The position numbers were made by a program, and so were the translations under genes. DNA of 60,425 bases from an uncultured virus (IMG/VR IMGVR_UViG_3300009159_005817). Taxonomy: Duplodnaviria; Heunggongvirae; Uroviricota; Caudoviricetes. The notes under the pieces are model-generated. The model was given only the letters and a program-made list of their open reading frames with translations, was not told the DNA's origin and did no database searches. The stretch spans positions 62,001 to 122,425 of IMG/VR virus record IMGVR_UViG_3300009159_005817. One strand, written 5' to 3'. This document shows positions 1 through 10,067 of this stretch, piece by piece (positions within the stretch are counted from its first letter, which is position 1; every line of letters starts with the position of its first letter).

Positions 1-84
1 CCGCTACAATTAATAAAAATAACCTTGTTCGCACTGATTTAGATTGGACTAAACAAATCGGTAGAGCAGTATCTGCAGAATAAT

Positions 85-342
85 ATGAGTATATTAAAAG
101 ATCAAAAAGTAAATTGGATCCAATCTAAAGAAGATACCAAGAAAGTTGAAGATAAAAAAGCAATGAGTGGTAAAGAAAGACTTAAAACCATCACTGCAAT
201 TATTACTGCTCAACAGACAATAAATGAAAAATGTAAGTTGGTATATGAAAGTAAACCAACTTCTGAATTGTATAGCATCATCATAATGAACGATGTTAAT
301 TTAAGCGTATTAGAAAAAATAAAAGTACAAAATGAAGGTTAA
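85..342 (+). CDS. hypothetical protein
   Basis: 85-aa ORF in a tightly packed + strand operon. Confidence 0.6.
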   Translation: MSILKDQKVNWIQSKEDTKKVEDKKAMSGKERLKTITAIITAQQTINEKCKLVYESKPTSELYSIIIMNDVNLSVLEKIKVQNEG

Positions 343-682
343 TACTAATAAGATTGATGGAATGGTTATTCGTGATAACGAAACCTACATCGTAGAAGAC
401 AATCGTTTTTTGAAGAATATGGTTCTATCAAAAACTACATTACATCCTGGTAAAGATACTTCAGGACATTCACATCCTGGTCTCGAGGAAGTTTACTTCT
501 TCAAAAAAGGAAGTGGTGTTATGCAATTAGATGAAGAATTTATCGATGTTGCTGAAGGCGATATTGTTCTAATTCCAGACGGTGCGTTTCATAAAGTATA
601 CAATTCAAAACATCCTTCAGGATGGAGTCAACATTCACTTGAATTTGTATGTGTATTTCAATCATACGAAAGAGAAGATTAA
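332..682 (+). CDS. cupin-domain protein
   Basis: Cupin motifs HSHPGLEEVYFF and GDIVLIPDGAFH. Confidence 0.85.
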   Translation: MKVNTNKIDGMVIRDNETYIVEDNRFLKNMVLSKTTLHPGKDTSGHSHPGLEEVYFFKKGSGVMQLDEEFIDVAEGDIVLIPDGAFHKVYNSKHPSGWSQHSLEFVCVFQSYERED

Positions 683-694
683 CAGATAAAATAT

Positions 695-994
695 ATGAAC
701 TTAACAAACGAATTTATGCCTATTCGAGAATGGGCAAAAGACAAAGGAATCTACGAGAAAGGCGATCCTCTAACACAATTCGCTAAGCTATCCGAAGAAA
801 TGGGTGAATTAGCTATGTCATTGCTAAAGAAGAATGATGCGGAATTTCAAGATGCTATTGGTGATTGTGTAGTGGTACTTACGAATCTAGCAAAACTTAA
901 AGGTTATAACATTGAGGATTGTATCAATGGATCTTATGAGGTTATTGCAAAACGTAAAGGACAAATGGTTAATGGAACTTTCGTAAAAGAATAA
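695..994 (+). CDS. MazG-like nucleotide pyrophosphohydrolase
   Basis: KLSEEMGEL...DAIGD acidic all-alpha NTP-PPase motif; KRKG tail typical of small phage MazG-like proteins. Confidence 0.85.
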   Translation: MNLTNEFMPIREWAKDKGIYEKGDPLTQFAKLSEEMGELAMSLLKKNDAEFQDAIGDCVVVLTNLAKLKGYNIEDCINGSYEVIAKRKGQMVNGTFVKE

Positions 995-1040
995 TGTTAA
1001 TAACTTTCAATAATTAAATTTTTTTATTCCGCAAAAAAGT
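995..1040 (+). promoter_or_regulatory. composite promoter copy 1, truncated (TATATTTG box missing)
   Basis: TGTTAATAACTTT...TTTTTTATTCCGCAAAAAAGT runs straight into the ATG at 1041. Confidence 0.6.
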
Positions 1041-1265
1041 ATGACAAAAGAAAAATTAGATAAGGAATTACGAGAGCTTGCCGTGGGCGCAATCGATGCT
1101 GGAGACATAGACGATTCAATGGCATTCGATATTGCGGATGGCTGGCTAATGGATAATCCAACCGCGAATGCAGCGATCAAGAAGTACTATGGCGCAAGCG
1201 ATGCACAAGGCTTTGTGGCCAATCGAATCTGTTGGCCTAACGTCCGAAACTTACTTAACCCTTAA
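1041..1265 (+). CDS. hypothetical protein
   Basis: 74-aa ORF. Confidence 0.55.
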   Translation: MTKEKLDKELRELAVGAIDAGDIDDSMAFDIADGWLMDNPTANAAIKKYYGASDAQGFVANRICWPNVRNLLNP

Positions 1266-1292
1266 AACCAATTAACATGACAACCCAGGAGA

Positions 1293-1892
1293 ATGATAGA
1301 CAATCTAGAAATAATAAAGAGCATTCTTAATTTCCAGAAGCGAGGTGACTTCTATATGTTATACGTTTTCAAACGCAAGAAAGATCAACCTGAAGGAGAA
1401 CGTAATAATCATCAATCAGTAAGAACTATTAAAACTTATTGCATCGAAAGTATCGATCATCTAGAAAGACGATACGATGAAATCCGTCAAATGTGCGAAA
1501 TGTTTAAAGCCCGAGCATATATACATGTACAAAAGCAAAATCACTTTGATGTTTCTCTTAATATGATGGTTGCACTTGCTCAACGAATTCAAGATGGAAA
1601 CGTCAATCAAAAAGGTTTATTCGATTCGGTTGTTGGTCAAATCAAAACGCAAGAAAAACTTTGGATAGTCGATATCGATACACAAGATCTACAAGAACTA
1701 AGAAACATTCAAGTAACTATTAATCAATGCAAACCAGAAGGACCAAAAACTAAATACATCGTTCCAACTAAAAACGGATGGCATTTAATTACTGATCGTT
1801 TCGACGTATTAGAATTTTCAAAGAAACATCCTGAAGTAGATATCCAAAAGAAGAACCCTACTTTATTATATTTACCTAATAGCTTATCTTAA
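1293..1892 (+). CDS. conserved phage protein, possible AEP/primase-polymerase-like fold
   Basis: hhhDhD (WIVDID) and PTKNGWH motifs resemble AEP motifs I/II. Confidence 0.5.
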   Translation: MIDNLEIIKSILNFQKRGDFYMLYVFKRKKDQPEGERNNHQSVRTIKTYCIESIDHLERRYDEIRQMCEMFKARAYIHVQKQNHFDVSLNMMVALAQRIQDGNVNQKGLFDSVVGQIKTQEKLWIVDIDTQDLQELRNIQVTINQCKPEGPKTKYIVPTKNGWHLITDRFDVLEFSKKHPEVDIQKKNPTLLYLPNSLS

Positions 1893-1894
1893 AT

Positions 1895-1950
1895 TGTTAA
1901 TAACTTTTTACGAAAACAGTTTTTTATTCCACAAAAAAGTATTATATTTA
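1895..1950 (+). promoter_or_regulatory. composite promoter copy 2
   Basis: TGTTAATAAC at 1895, TTTTTTATTCC, TATATTTA at 1943 (48 bp). Confidence 0.8.
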
Positions 1951-1973
1951 TACTATAATTAAATACTCAAAAT

Positions 1974-2264
1974 ATGAAAAACTTTCGAATCGTTATTAAA
2001 TGTCAAGGTGGTTTCTTAACTATCATCGATAAAAAAACTGAATCCGTAATGGATATTATGAAATCTTTCGTAACACCAAAAACTATTCTAACAATCGAAC
2101 AAAAATCCGAAGCATCTGATAATTACTTTACGGTATTCGCAACTAAAGGTTCTAAAGTACATATCGCTTCAAAAGAAATTTACGATTCAAACTATATTCA
2201 ATCATATTGGCCAACAACCGATATGAACAGAATTGGTAAACCAGTAACCGAATGGAGAAACTAA
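1974..2264 (+). CDS. hypothetical protein
   Basis: ORF directly after conserved promoter. Confidence 0.65.
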   Translation: MKNFRIVIKCQGGFLTIIDKKTESVMDIMKSFVTPKTILTIEQKSEASDNYFTVFATKGSKVHIASKEIYDSNYIQSYWPTTDMNRIGKPVTEWRN

Positions 2265-2277
2265 AAACAAAACATAT

Positions 2278-2478
2278 ATGCTAAAATTCGAAAATCTAAA
2301 AACCGGCGATCGCTTTACTGCGAACACAAATTTTGAAAGTAATGTTGTAAAAATCATTGAGGAATTAACCTATTATGGAATATCCGAAACTGGATTACAT
2401 ATAGGATTAACCAAAGATGGTGAACGAATGGGATTCTATGATTTTGACATTATTGATATTATTCACGTAGAAAAATAA
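2278..2478 (+). CDS. hypothetical protein
   Basis: 66-aa ORF. Confidence 0.55.
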   Translation: MLKFENLKTGDRFTANTNFESNVVKIIEELTYYGISETGLHIGLTKDGERMGFYDFDIIDIIHVEK

Positions 2479-2482
2479 AAAT

Positions 2483-2707
2483 ATGATATGTAAATGTAAC
2501 TCGGAAATACATCCGAAAAGAATTGAATTAGGTTATAAAACGTGTACTGGATGTTCAACCGAAGAAATGAAAGCCGTTATACAAATTAACAATCACAAGA
2601 CCGGGAACGAAATCCAAATCGTTGATCAGGAAACAGCAAGACAATTTAATTTCTTAGCTAGCCGATCATCATTTGGCGTATCAACCGGTGTAAAAGGAAG
2701 AAGATAA
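2483..2707 (+). CDS. small C4 zinc-finger protein (DksA/TraR-like finger)
   Basis: CxC...IHPKR...TCTGC pattern. Confidence 0.55.
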   Translation: MICKCNSEIHPKRIELGYKTCTGCSTEEMKAVIQINNHKTGNEIQIVDQETARQFNFLASRSSFGVSTGVKGRR

Positions 2708-2711
2708 AACT

Positions 2712-3719
2712 ATGGAAAGAAAATTAGCAAGCATTCAAGTCATTCGAGACATTCGTCCTATTGAAGGAGCAGATGCAATCGAATTAGCAATCATTAATGA
2801 TTGGCAAGTAGTAGTCGCAAAAAGCGTAGGTCATCAAGTTGGCGATCATGTTGTTTATTGTGAAATTGATTCATTCTTACCTATAAGAGAAGAATTCGAA
2901 TTCTTGCGAAAAAGTTCTTATAGGAAGATGGATGATCTAGAAGGATTTCGTCTTAGGACTATAAAACTTCGAGGACAAATATCACAAGGACTTATCGTAC
3001 CAATAAGTATATTTGGTGATTTTGGATGGACCGCATATGAAGGTCTTGATGTTACCGAAAGATTAGGAATTATAAAATACGAACCACCTATCCCTGCAGA
3101 ATTAGCCGGTAAAGTAAAAGGAAACTTTCCTTCATTTATACCAAAGACTGACGAAGAAAGAATTCAAAATCTAACTGACAAATATGAGACTTGGAAAACT
3201 CAACCATTTTATGTTACTGAAAAATTAGATGGATCATCCGCAACCTACTACTTCCGCAATGGAGAATTTGGAGTGTGTTCTAGAAATCTAGATCTTGAAG
3301 AAACTGAAGGTAATACCTTTTGGAAGATTGCTCGAGAATTAAAGATAGAAGAATGGTTAGGAACACAATCAATTAATTATGCCATTCAAGGTGAGTTAAT
3401 TGGTGAAGGTATTCAAGGAAATCCTTATAAGATCAAAGGACAAACGGTTCGCTTCTTTAACGCATTCAATATAGACAAATATGAATACTTAAGTTTAGAA
3501 GAATTCGAATCCCTAATCACTTCAATGAAGTTAAAAACCGTTCCAATTATCGATCGTGCATTTACTTTACCTAATACAATCGAAGAACTTCTTAATTATG
3601 CCGATAAGAAAAGTGAATTGAATAATCAATTTGATCGTGAAGGTGTCGTTATTCGTAGTATCGATCGAAAAATCAGTTTCAAAGTAATCAGTAACAAATT
3701 TCTACTAAACGAAAAATAA
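2712..3719 (+). CDS. RNA ligase, DRB0094/Rnl2-like family with N-terminal OB module
   Basis: Motif I TEKLDGSS, QGELIG, EGVV, SFKVIS; N-terminal RKLASIQ...IEGADAIE. Confidence 0.9.
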   Translation: MERKLASIQVIRDIRPIEGADAIELAIINDWQVVVAKSVGHQVGDHVVYCEIDSFLPIREEFEFLRKSSYRKMDDLEGFRLRTIKLRGQISQGLIVPISIFGDFGWTAYEGLDVTERLGIIKYEPPIPAELAGKVKGNFPSFIPKTDEERIQNLTDKYETWKTQPFYVTEKLDGSSATYYFRNGEFGVCSRNLDLEETEGNTFWKIARELKIEEWLGTQSINYAIQGELIGEGIQGNPYKIKGQTVRFFNAFNIDKYEYLSLEEFESLITSMKLKTVPIIDRAFTLPNTIEELLNYADKKSELNNQFDREGVVIRSIDRKISFKVISNKFLLNEK

Positions 3720-4060
3720 TGAGAAACCTACTAATAGCACTCCTATGTATTGTTCTAGGACAATCAATTTCCTTTATACAACTACAAGGACAATTCATAA
3801 ACGAATGGATGAAGAATAACATTTGGGCATCAGTTCTTCTTGGATTACCTATTAGTTGGTTGCTTATAACCTTTACTCGATATTGTAAAGACGCTTTCGA
3901 TGGTCAAATATGGCCAGGGAGATTAATTGGATTTGCAATAGGTGCTATCGTATTTACGATAATGTCGCAAATTATTTTCAAAGAAACATTAACTGCCAAA
4001 ACCGTTTCCTGCTTATTTTTAGCAGTTTGTATTTTGGCAATTCAATTATTATGGAAATGA
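3719..4060 (+). CDS. small multi-pass membrane protein
   Basis: About four hydrophobic segments. Confidence 0.65.
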   Translation: MRNLLIALLCIVLGQSISFIQLQGQFINEWMKNNIWASVLLGLPISWLLITFTRYCKDAFDGQIWPGRLIGFAIGAIVFTIMSQIIFKETLTAKTVSCLFLAVCILAIQLLWK

Positions 4061-4431
4061 AATTAGAAGTATTTAAAGAGACGATCAACCGATTAAAGGA
4101 ACAAAACGAATCTATTGATAGAGCTTACAAAGCTGGTATAGATTTGATAAATTTCTTAGATCCAATAGAAAGTGCAGTATCTCATTTGATTGGATCTATC
4201 TATGGTATTGAAGGTAAAGAAGTTTTTGATTGGTGGTGTTATGAAAAAGAATGGGGAACTAGAAAGGATTTTAATATGACAGATCGTGAAGGAAATGTAA
4301 TGTGCGAAACTATAGAAGATCTACATACTTGGTTAGAAGAAAATGCATCAAATGATTATATTCTACCTAGAAGATTAAGTGATGAGGAGCGAGAAGAGGC
4401 AATAAAGATTGCATTCGGATTTGGTGCCTAA
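4057..4431 (+). CDS. hypothetical protein
   Basis: Start placed at ATGA overlap with upstream stop; FDWWCYE motif. Confidence 0.6.
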   Translation: MKLEVFKETINRLKEQNESIDRAYKAGIDLINFLDPIESAVSHLIGSIYGIEGKEVFDWWCYEKEWGTRKDFNMTDREGNVMCETIEDLHTWLEENASNDYILPRRLSDEEREEAIKIAFGFGA

Positions 4432-4477
4432 ATTAATAACATTCAACATACATATAATTAATAATAAAAACTCTCAC

Positions 4478-4705
4478 ATGAAAAAACCATTATCTAAAAT
4501 TGCTTATTTTCTACTACTATTTTTTGTTGCACATCAATTAGGTAGATTAGGATTTAATTGGATGGAATCCCATAATTCATTTTTAAGTTGGACTGGAGCT
4601 CTATCTATAATTGTTTCTATTACTACATGTCTTATATGTGGTTGGAATATTGGATCAAACTTGGCTGACATCGTAATCCATTGGAGATCTAATAGAAAGA
4701 AGTAA
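4478..4705 (+). CDS. small membrane protein
   Basis: Two hydrophobic helices; CATATAAT at 4451 upstream. Confidence 0.55.
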   Translation: MKKPLSKIAYFLLLFFVAHQLGRLGFNWMESHNSFLSWTGALSIIVSITTCLICGWNIGSNLADIVIHWRSNRKK

Positions 4706-4707
4706 AA

Positions 4708-4763
4708 TGTTAATAACTTTTAGACTCGAAATTTTTTAATCTCAAGTTTTTGTATTATATTTG
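4708..4763 (+). promoter_or_regulatory. composite promoter copy 3
   Basis: TGTTAATAAC at 4708, TATATTTG at 4756 (48 bp). Confidence 0.8.
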
Positions 4764-4792
4764 TTATATTAAATTCATATAAAATATACAAC

Positions 4793-5092
4793 ATGAAAAA
4801 ATCATTAATTATTGCTTTATTAGCACTTCCTATTTTGAGTTACTCACAAACGGAAATGGGAAACTTTGCACAAGTAAACTCTAAAAAAGATACGCTATTT
4901 CTTTTAGAAAACGATCCATTAACGAAGTTAACTTTCAAAATTTGGAAATCCGATTCTACTTGGAATGGACAAAATCCCACTATCGTTTTCGTCAAAGCGA
5001 AAGAAATGGAAGAAATTAAATTTGCTTATTTTAGAAAATCTAATGAATTCGTAAGAATGAGAAAAACTCCCATCAAAACTAAAAACAAATAA
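4793..5092 (+). CDS. secreted protein with Sec signal peptide
   Basis: MKKSLIIALLALPILSYS-Q, a Bacteroidota-style signal peptide. Confidence 0.65.
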   Translation: MKKSLIIALLALPILSYSQTEMGNFAQVNSKKDTLFLLENDPLTKLTFKIWKSDSTWNGQNPTIVFVKAKEMEEIKFAYFRKSNEFVRMRKTPIKTKNK

Positions 5093-5100
5093 ACCATACA

Positions 5101-5349
5101 ATGAAAAACTCAGCAATGTTAATAACTGGTCTAGTAACCGTAGTATTTACCATCCTATTCGTATCAGCAATCTTTGCATGGCCAATTCAATTACTTTGGA
5201 ATCACTGCTTAGTTGGTGCAGTAAATGGCGTTAACCCTATTGGTTTCTGGCAAGCGCTAGGAATTCTAATCTTATTTACTCTTTTATTCACACCTAAAAC
5301 CAGTCAAATAACCAAAGATGAAAAACCAAATACTCCAAAAAATAGCTAA
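5101..5349 (+). CDS. small membrane protein
   Basis: Two TM segments; LLWN...IGFWQALG. Confidence 0.65.
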   Translation: MKNSAMLITGLVTVVFTILFVSAIFAWPIQLLWNHCLVGAVNGVNPIGFWQALGILILFTLLFTPKTSQITKDEKPNTPKNS

Positions 5350-5683
5350 TGTAATTGATACATTACCTAAAGATTTAGATAATTCTGAAATGATTAAACT
5401 TTTAGGTGATGCTCATTGGGAAATAGAAAACCTTTCTAAAGTATCCGATTCCTCTAAGAAAAATCAAAAAGTTATTATGAACTTCTTTGAAGAATATCAG
5501 AATATGGCTATTGATGCTGAATATATCTTGATGGATTATGTAGAAACTTCATGGTGGCATTTTTCTAAAAGACGTTCGCAAATGGCAAAGTATATTTGGT
5601 TAAGTAATAAACGAGTTTCTCTCTTTCAAGAATTGCTAATGAAAATCAAACCTGCAAGATTAGATGAAATGCTTAATAACTAA
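5318..5683 (+). CDS. hypothetical protein
   Basis: 121-aa ORF. Confidence 0.55.
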   Translation: MKNQILQKIANVIDTLPKDLDNSEMIKLLGDAHWEIENLSKVSDSSKKNQKVIMNFFEEYQNMAIDAEYILMDYVETSWWHFSKRRSQMAKYIWLSNKRVSLFQELLMKIKPARLDEMLNN

Positions 5684-6095
5684 GGAAGATTTTCTAATTG
5701 CAGCAGAATTCGCAAATTCGGCTTATCAATACCATACTTCACACGGAAGAACGGATAAACAATTAATACATGATATTGTTATTGGTAAGCTCGGTGAAAT
5801 TGCATACAAGAAAATTCTCGGCGATGCTATCAATGATACAGACTTAACGGTACATGAAGATCCCGATCCAGGTTGGGATTTTGAATTGAAGAACGGTGAT
5901 CGTATACAAGTAAAAACCGTTCAATCAAATTATCCATGGGTTTCCTTTGGTAATTTCTATTGGGATCGGTTAGCAATTATTCAAATTGAAGGAAATGAAT
6001 GTACTCTTATTCGAGATATGCATATAACAGAAGTTAAACCGATAGCAGAAAAATCTAAATTTAAAGGATGGTACATTCCATCATATAAAATATAA
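5664..6095 (+). CDS. PD-(D/E)XK restriction-endonuclease-like protein
   Basis: GKLGE...DPGWDF...IQVKT motif order. Confidence 0.6.
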   Translation: MKCLITKEDFLIAAEFANSAYQYHTSHGRTDKQLIHDIVIGKLGEIAYKKILGDAINDTDLTVHEDPDPGWDFELKNGDRIQVKTVQSNYPWVSFGNFYWDRLAIIQIEGNECTLIRDMHITEVKPIAEKSKFKGWYIPSYKI

Positions 6096-6096
6096 T

Positions 6097-6348
6097 ATGA
6101 AAAAGAAATCTGAATTTTGCACATACGATTCATCAATGATTCGTACATCTCGTTATAACTTTGAAACTAAGGATTTAGAAGTAGAATTTAATGGAGGTAC
6201 CACTTACAAATTCGAAAATGTAGATACCGTAGATTATCTAGCATTTGCAAATAGTGAGGAATCTATCGGAAAATCATTCAATCAGCACATTCGTAAATAC
6301 GAAGGTAAAAAAACCTCAATAGAAAATCACTCACCAACACATGACTAA
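6097..6348 (+). CDS. KTSC-domain protein
   Basis: SSMI..Y...LEVEF.GG..Y.F.NV....F....SIGK.FN..IR. Confidence 0.85.
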   Translation: MKKKSEFCTYDSSMIRTSRYNFETKDLEVEFNGGTTYKFENVDTVDYLAFANSEESIGKSFNQHIRKYEGKKTSIENHSPTHD

Positions 6349-6583
6349 AAAACGTAAAACCGTTAAAATGAAAAAGGTCGATATGGAAAATCGACTCAAA
6401 TGGTACTTCCATAAAAGATGGAACACTATGTACAAAAAATTCTACATTATTCCTTCTTTGTCTTGGACTTGGAGTGCTAGTGGAGATTTTATCGAACAAG
6501 GAGTATATGCTCCCATGTTTATTCTAAAATTAGAATGGTTGCATTTTGAAGTAGGTGTTTACAATTATCACGAAATGTACTAA
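6341..6583 (+). CDS. hypothetical protein
   Basis: 80-aa ORF. Confidence 0.5.
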   Translation: MTKKRKTVKMKKVDMENRLKWYFHKRWNTMYKKFYIIPSLSWTWSASGDFIEQGVYAPMFILKLEWLHFEVGVYNYHEMY

Positions 6584-6586
6584 TCT

Positions 6587-6943
6587 ATGAAAAGACTAAT
6601 AAAAGCTTGGTTGCAGAAAAAATTAAAATCTTGGGTCTTTGATAATAAGAGTCCTTATTATAAAGAGCATAGGGTTATACAAACTCCAACCGAAACTTTA
6701 AAACTTAGATCTACTGCTAGATGGTCGATTCAGGATTTACAAGAGATGCATACAGTACAAGGCTTAAGCGAAGCTCGTATAATAGAGATGATTAAAATGG
6801 ATTTGATACAAGATCTATTTAATCATGTTAAAGATTCTGGTGCTATTGAGATTGTTCAATATGACGAGCCTCCTGGAATTTCAATGAATGGTCAAGGAAT
6901 TCATTTTGACGCTAAATTAACAGTGGTAAAATCTAAACAATAA
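6587..6943 (+). CDS. hypothetical protein
   Basis: 118-aa ORF. Confidence 0.55.
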   Translation: MKRLIKAWLQKKLKSWVFDNKSPYYKEHRVIQTPTETLKLRSTARWSIQDLQEMHTVQGLSEARIIEMIKMDLIQDLFNHVKDSGAIEIVQYDEPPGISMNGQGIHFDAKLTVVKSKQ

Positions 6944-7149
6944 TGGCAAACGTAATAATAAACATAACCTTAAATGATAAACAACAAAAGAGTTTAGATA
7001 TTTGGGGTAAGCATTTAACGGCTATATTTAGATCACGAGGCGATCTAACTTGGACAGTATCATCATGTGGAATTGGAGATACCATCACGGTAACCAGTTC
7101 GCATGCACCTAAACATCCTTTAGATTTAACAGATGTTGACTCATGGTAG
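6943..7149 (+). CDS. hypothetical phage protein
   Basis: 68-aa ORF ending LDLTDVDSW. Confidence 0.6.
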   Translation: MANVIINITLNDKQQKSLDIWGKHLTAIFRSRGDLTWTVSSCGIGDTITVTSSHAPKHPLDLTDVDSW

Positions 7150-7159
7150 AATTTAAGAT

Positions 7160-7411
7160 ATGATAAAGCCTAATCTAAATTTTTACAACGAATATTATGC
7201 ATTAATAGATGTTAAAGATCGTGAGAAACTTATATCATTAACAAATAAAATGTCGGAATCAAAACCGGGTTTGCTACAAGAATCTAAATTTGAGCTAAAG
7301 GATAGATTGAATGGCGATATAGAAGTTTGGATATCTAATACAGCAGCATTTGATTATGCAACAAAGAGAATAATTTTCAACTTCATTAATGCTCTTAACA
7401 AGTTTTATTAA
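7160..7411 (+). CDS. hypothetical protein
   Basis: 83-aa ORF. Confidence 0.55.
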   Translation: MIKPNLNFYNEYYALIDVKDREKLISLTNKMSESKPGLLQESKFELKDRLNGDIEVWISNTAAFDYATKRIIFNFINALNKFY

Positions 7412-7439
7412 TGATAATATCAAATCAGAAAAAGAAAAT

Positions 7440-8417
7440 ATGCAAAACAAACCAATTAAAATAATCGATGATGTTGAAGGACAGATTAGATTTATAGTAG
7501 AAAATCCAGTAGATAAAACCTATACCATGTACGCTAGAGACGTAGCTACTGGTTTATTAAGAGGAAAAACCAAAATCGATTGTAGAATAAAATCACCTGA
7601 AGGACATTGGGTATGGTGGAATCCGCATCCTGGAACAGGACAAAGTAAAAGAAAAAACCTAGGTGACATTATTGTAGAAATCAAAGATGGTGATAAAATG
7701 ATTCAAACCGAATATCTTTATCGTCATGGACCAGGAAAAAAATTAATCGTAAAAGACCGAGAGGTTAGATATCCCGGAAACCTTACTGACATATATCCTA
7801 CGGTTTGGGAAATATTCATGGTAGATGATTATTACTCTGAATTTTTAAACATTGACAAAGGTGGAATTGTTGTTGATATTGGATTTAATTACGGAATCTT
7901 CTCGCTATACGCAATAGACAATTTTGATCCCAAGAAAATATATGCGGTTGAACCAATGCCTTCTTGTGTAAAGATTGGAAAAAGAATTATGAACGAACAA
8001 TCTGTTTTAGTTGATATTACCGAAGCCGCAATAACGCTTGAAAATGGTACGGTTTTCATGGACAATTATGAAAATCAAACTAATTGTGCAACGGTAGTAG
8101 GTTCTAATATACGAACTGCAAAATTCTTAGAATCCGGACAAATACCAGTAAAAGGAATAAACATCAACGATTATCTAGCAACGATATCCGAAGATGAAAT
8201 TGAATTAATGAAGATTGATTGTGAAGGTGGTGAAGAATTCATATTTGATACTATCTCACGCCAAAACCTAAGACGAGTAAAGAATTACATTATCGAATAT
8301 CATAGTGAAGATATTTCCCAAAAGATTATTAATGTACTTAATTCGGTAGGATATTCAGTTTATCAAAGACCTTCTTGGAATAATCATATAGGTACAATTG
8401 AAGCATATAAATTATAA
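7440..8417 (+). CDS. FkbM-family SAM-dependent methyltransferase with N-terminal extension
   Basis: VVDIGFNYG, AVEP, MKIDCEGGE, IIEYH. Confidence 0.85.
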   Translation: MQNKPIKIIDDVEGQIRFIVENPVDKTYTMYARDVATGLLRGKTKIDCRIKSPEGHWVWWNPHPGTGQSKRKNLGDIIVEIKDGDKMIQTEYLYRHGPGKKLIVKDREVRYPGNLTDIYPTVWEIFMVDDYYSEFLNIDKGGIVVDIGFNYGIFSLYAIDNFDPKKIYAVEPMPSCVKIGKRIMNEQSVLVDITEAAITLENGTVFMDNYENQTNCATVVGSNIRTAKFLESGQIPVKGININDYLATISEDEIELMKIDCEGGEEFIFDTISRQNLRRVKNYIIEYHSEDISQKIINVLNSVGYSVYQRPSWNNHIGTIEAYKL

Positions 8418-8429
8418 TAACATGAAAAC

Positions 8430-8687
8430 ATGAAAACCCAACTACCTAAAATTGAACTTCTTAATTTTGAAGGACCGGTATTACAAGCCGTAAAACATAA
8501 AAACCTATACATCATTGTAGATGAATGGAAAGAAATTATTTCGGTTCTTCTAGAAGAAGAATTTCTTGAATTTTTCGATGGCGCATTTTCCGTAATAGAT
8601 TCTGATGGAAGAAATTGGAATATGAGCGAACATCATCGAGATGCCAAACAAACAGCAGAAAAAATACATAAATTTGTAAACTTATAA
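8430..8687 (+). CDS. hypothetical protein
   Basis: 85-aa ORF. Confidence 0.55.
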   Translation: MKTQLPKIELLNFEGPVLQAVKHKNLYIIVDEWKEIISVLLEEEFLEFFDGAFSVIDSDGRNWNMSEHHRDAKQTAEKIHKFVNL

Positions 8688-8688
8688 T

Positions 8689-8898
8689 ATGCAAGACTTA
8701 ATAGAATCTTTTGAATCGGTTAAGTATCGAATCAAAGCCGAAGGTATGGATTATTGCTTTAAGCATTACTCTAACTTCGAAGAAATTGAAGATAAAGAAT
8801 TTCATAAACTAAGAAAGGCTTATATAAAAGCATCAGAGAACATTGAAGAGTATGTGAATTGTAAAATACAAGAACTCCAAAACGAAGATGGCGAATAA
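8689..8898 (+). CDS. hypothetical protein
   Basis: 69-aa ORF. Confidence 0.55.
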   Translation: MQDLIESFESVKYRIKAEGMDYCFKHYSNFEEIEDKEFHKLRKAYIKASENIEEYVNCKIQELQNEDGE

Positions 8899-10063
8899 CT
8901 CAATAATCAATTGGGAATTATATCAAAAGACTCTAAAACCTTCACATATACATATTGCAGAATTAGATTTTAAAATGAAAAACAAATTAGATATACAATA
9001 TCAAGAACTTTTACAAACCATATTAGAACACGGGATTGATAAAGCAGATCGAACCGGAACAGGAACTCGTTCAATATTCGGTTATACTATTCGTCACAAC
9101 ATGTCAGATGGATTCCCTCTTCTCACAACCAAAAAGATGGCATGGAAATCTATCGTTACCGAGTTATTATGGTTCTTAAAAGGTGATACTAATATCAAGT
9201 ACTTAGTTGATAATGATTGTCATATTTGGGATGGTGATGCTTATAAGAATTATGACAAACTTTGTATTGACACAAAGTGGATGGAACCGGTTAAAAAGGA
9301 ACTAAATGGCGAAGTTTATGATATGGGAAGAAAATACGATCAAGAAGGGTTCATCAATCGTATCAAAACAGATGATGAATTTGCTAAACAATGGGGAGAT
9401 CTAGGTCCAATCTATGGTAAACAATGGAGAAATTGGGTTAGAAAAACTACACGAGACGAAAAGATTGTTGAACCTGGAGTATATGAAACGAGTATAGATC
9501 AAATCACAAACCTAATCAATGACATTAAAACAAATCCTGATTCACGAAGATTAATGGTCACTGCATGGAATCCTGCCGAATTAGATCAAATGGTTCTTCC
9601 ACCTTGTCATTATGGGTTTCAAATGTATACAAGAGAATTAGATCAAACGGAAAGAGTTATTCTAATGGATAAAAAATTAGGCGTTACGGAAAACCTTCCT
9701 GCATATTATACCGAAGATGAAATGATAAAACATAACATCCCAAAACGAGCAATCTCTCTTATGTGGAATCAACGAAGTGTAGATACCCTTTTAGGTTTAC
9801 CATTCAATATTGCAAGTTATGGTTTACTATTAATGATGATTGCCGATGAAGTTAATATGGTTCCTGATCAGCTAATAGGTAATCTTGGAGATACTCACAT
9901 ATACAACAATCACGTCGATCAAGTAAAAGAACAAATCACTAGAACTCCATTTGAACTACCAACCGTTCATGTTAGAGATGGTATTTTTTGTAGTTCTCAT
10001 AATGATGTTATACTTCAAAATTACAATTCACATCCGGCAATCAAAGCACCTTTAAGTAATTAA
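8888..10063 (+). CDS. thyA: thymidylate synthase (true start may be ~8975)
   Basis: DRTGTGT, FPLLTTKK, ELLWFLKG, LPPCH, QRSVD...GLPFNIASY, GDTHIY. Confidence 0.95.
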   Translation: MANNSIINWELYQKTLKPSHIHIAELDFKMKNKLDIQYQELLQTILEHGIDKADRTGTGTRSIFGYTIRHNMSDGFPLLTTKKMAWKSIVTELLWFLKGDTNIKYLVDNDCHIWDGDAYKNYDKLCIDTKWMEPVKKELNGEVYDMGRKYDQEGFINRIKTDDEFAKQWGDLGPIYGKQWRNWVRKTTRDEKIVEPGVYETSIDQITNLINDIKTNPDSRRLMVTAWNPAELDQMVLPPCHYGFQMYTRELDQTERVILMDKKLGVTENLPAYYTEDEMIKHNIPKRAISLMWNQRSVDTLLGLPFNIASYGLLLMMIADEVNMVPDQLIGNLGDTHIYNNHVDQVKEQITRTPFELPTVHVRDGIFCSSHNDVILQNYNSHPAIKAPLSN

Positions 10064-10067
10064 CCCA

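Noticed and set aside
5117..5126. TGTTAATAA copies at 5117 and 23051
   Set aside because: Inside coding sequence and lacking the T-tract and TATATTTG at the fixed distance; not counted as promoters
8888..10063. Intron or intein in thyA
   Set aside because: The frame is uninterrupted; the extra segments are short insertions without intein or homing-endonuclease motifs
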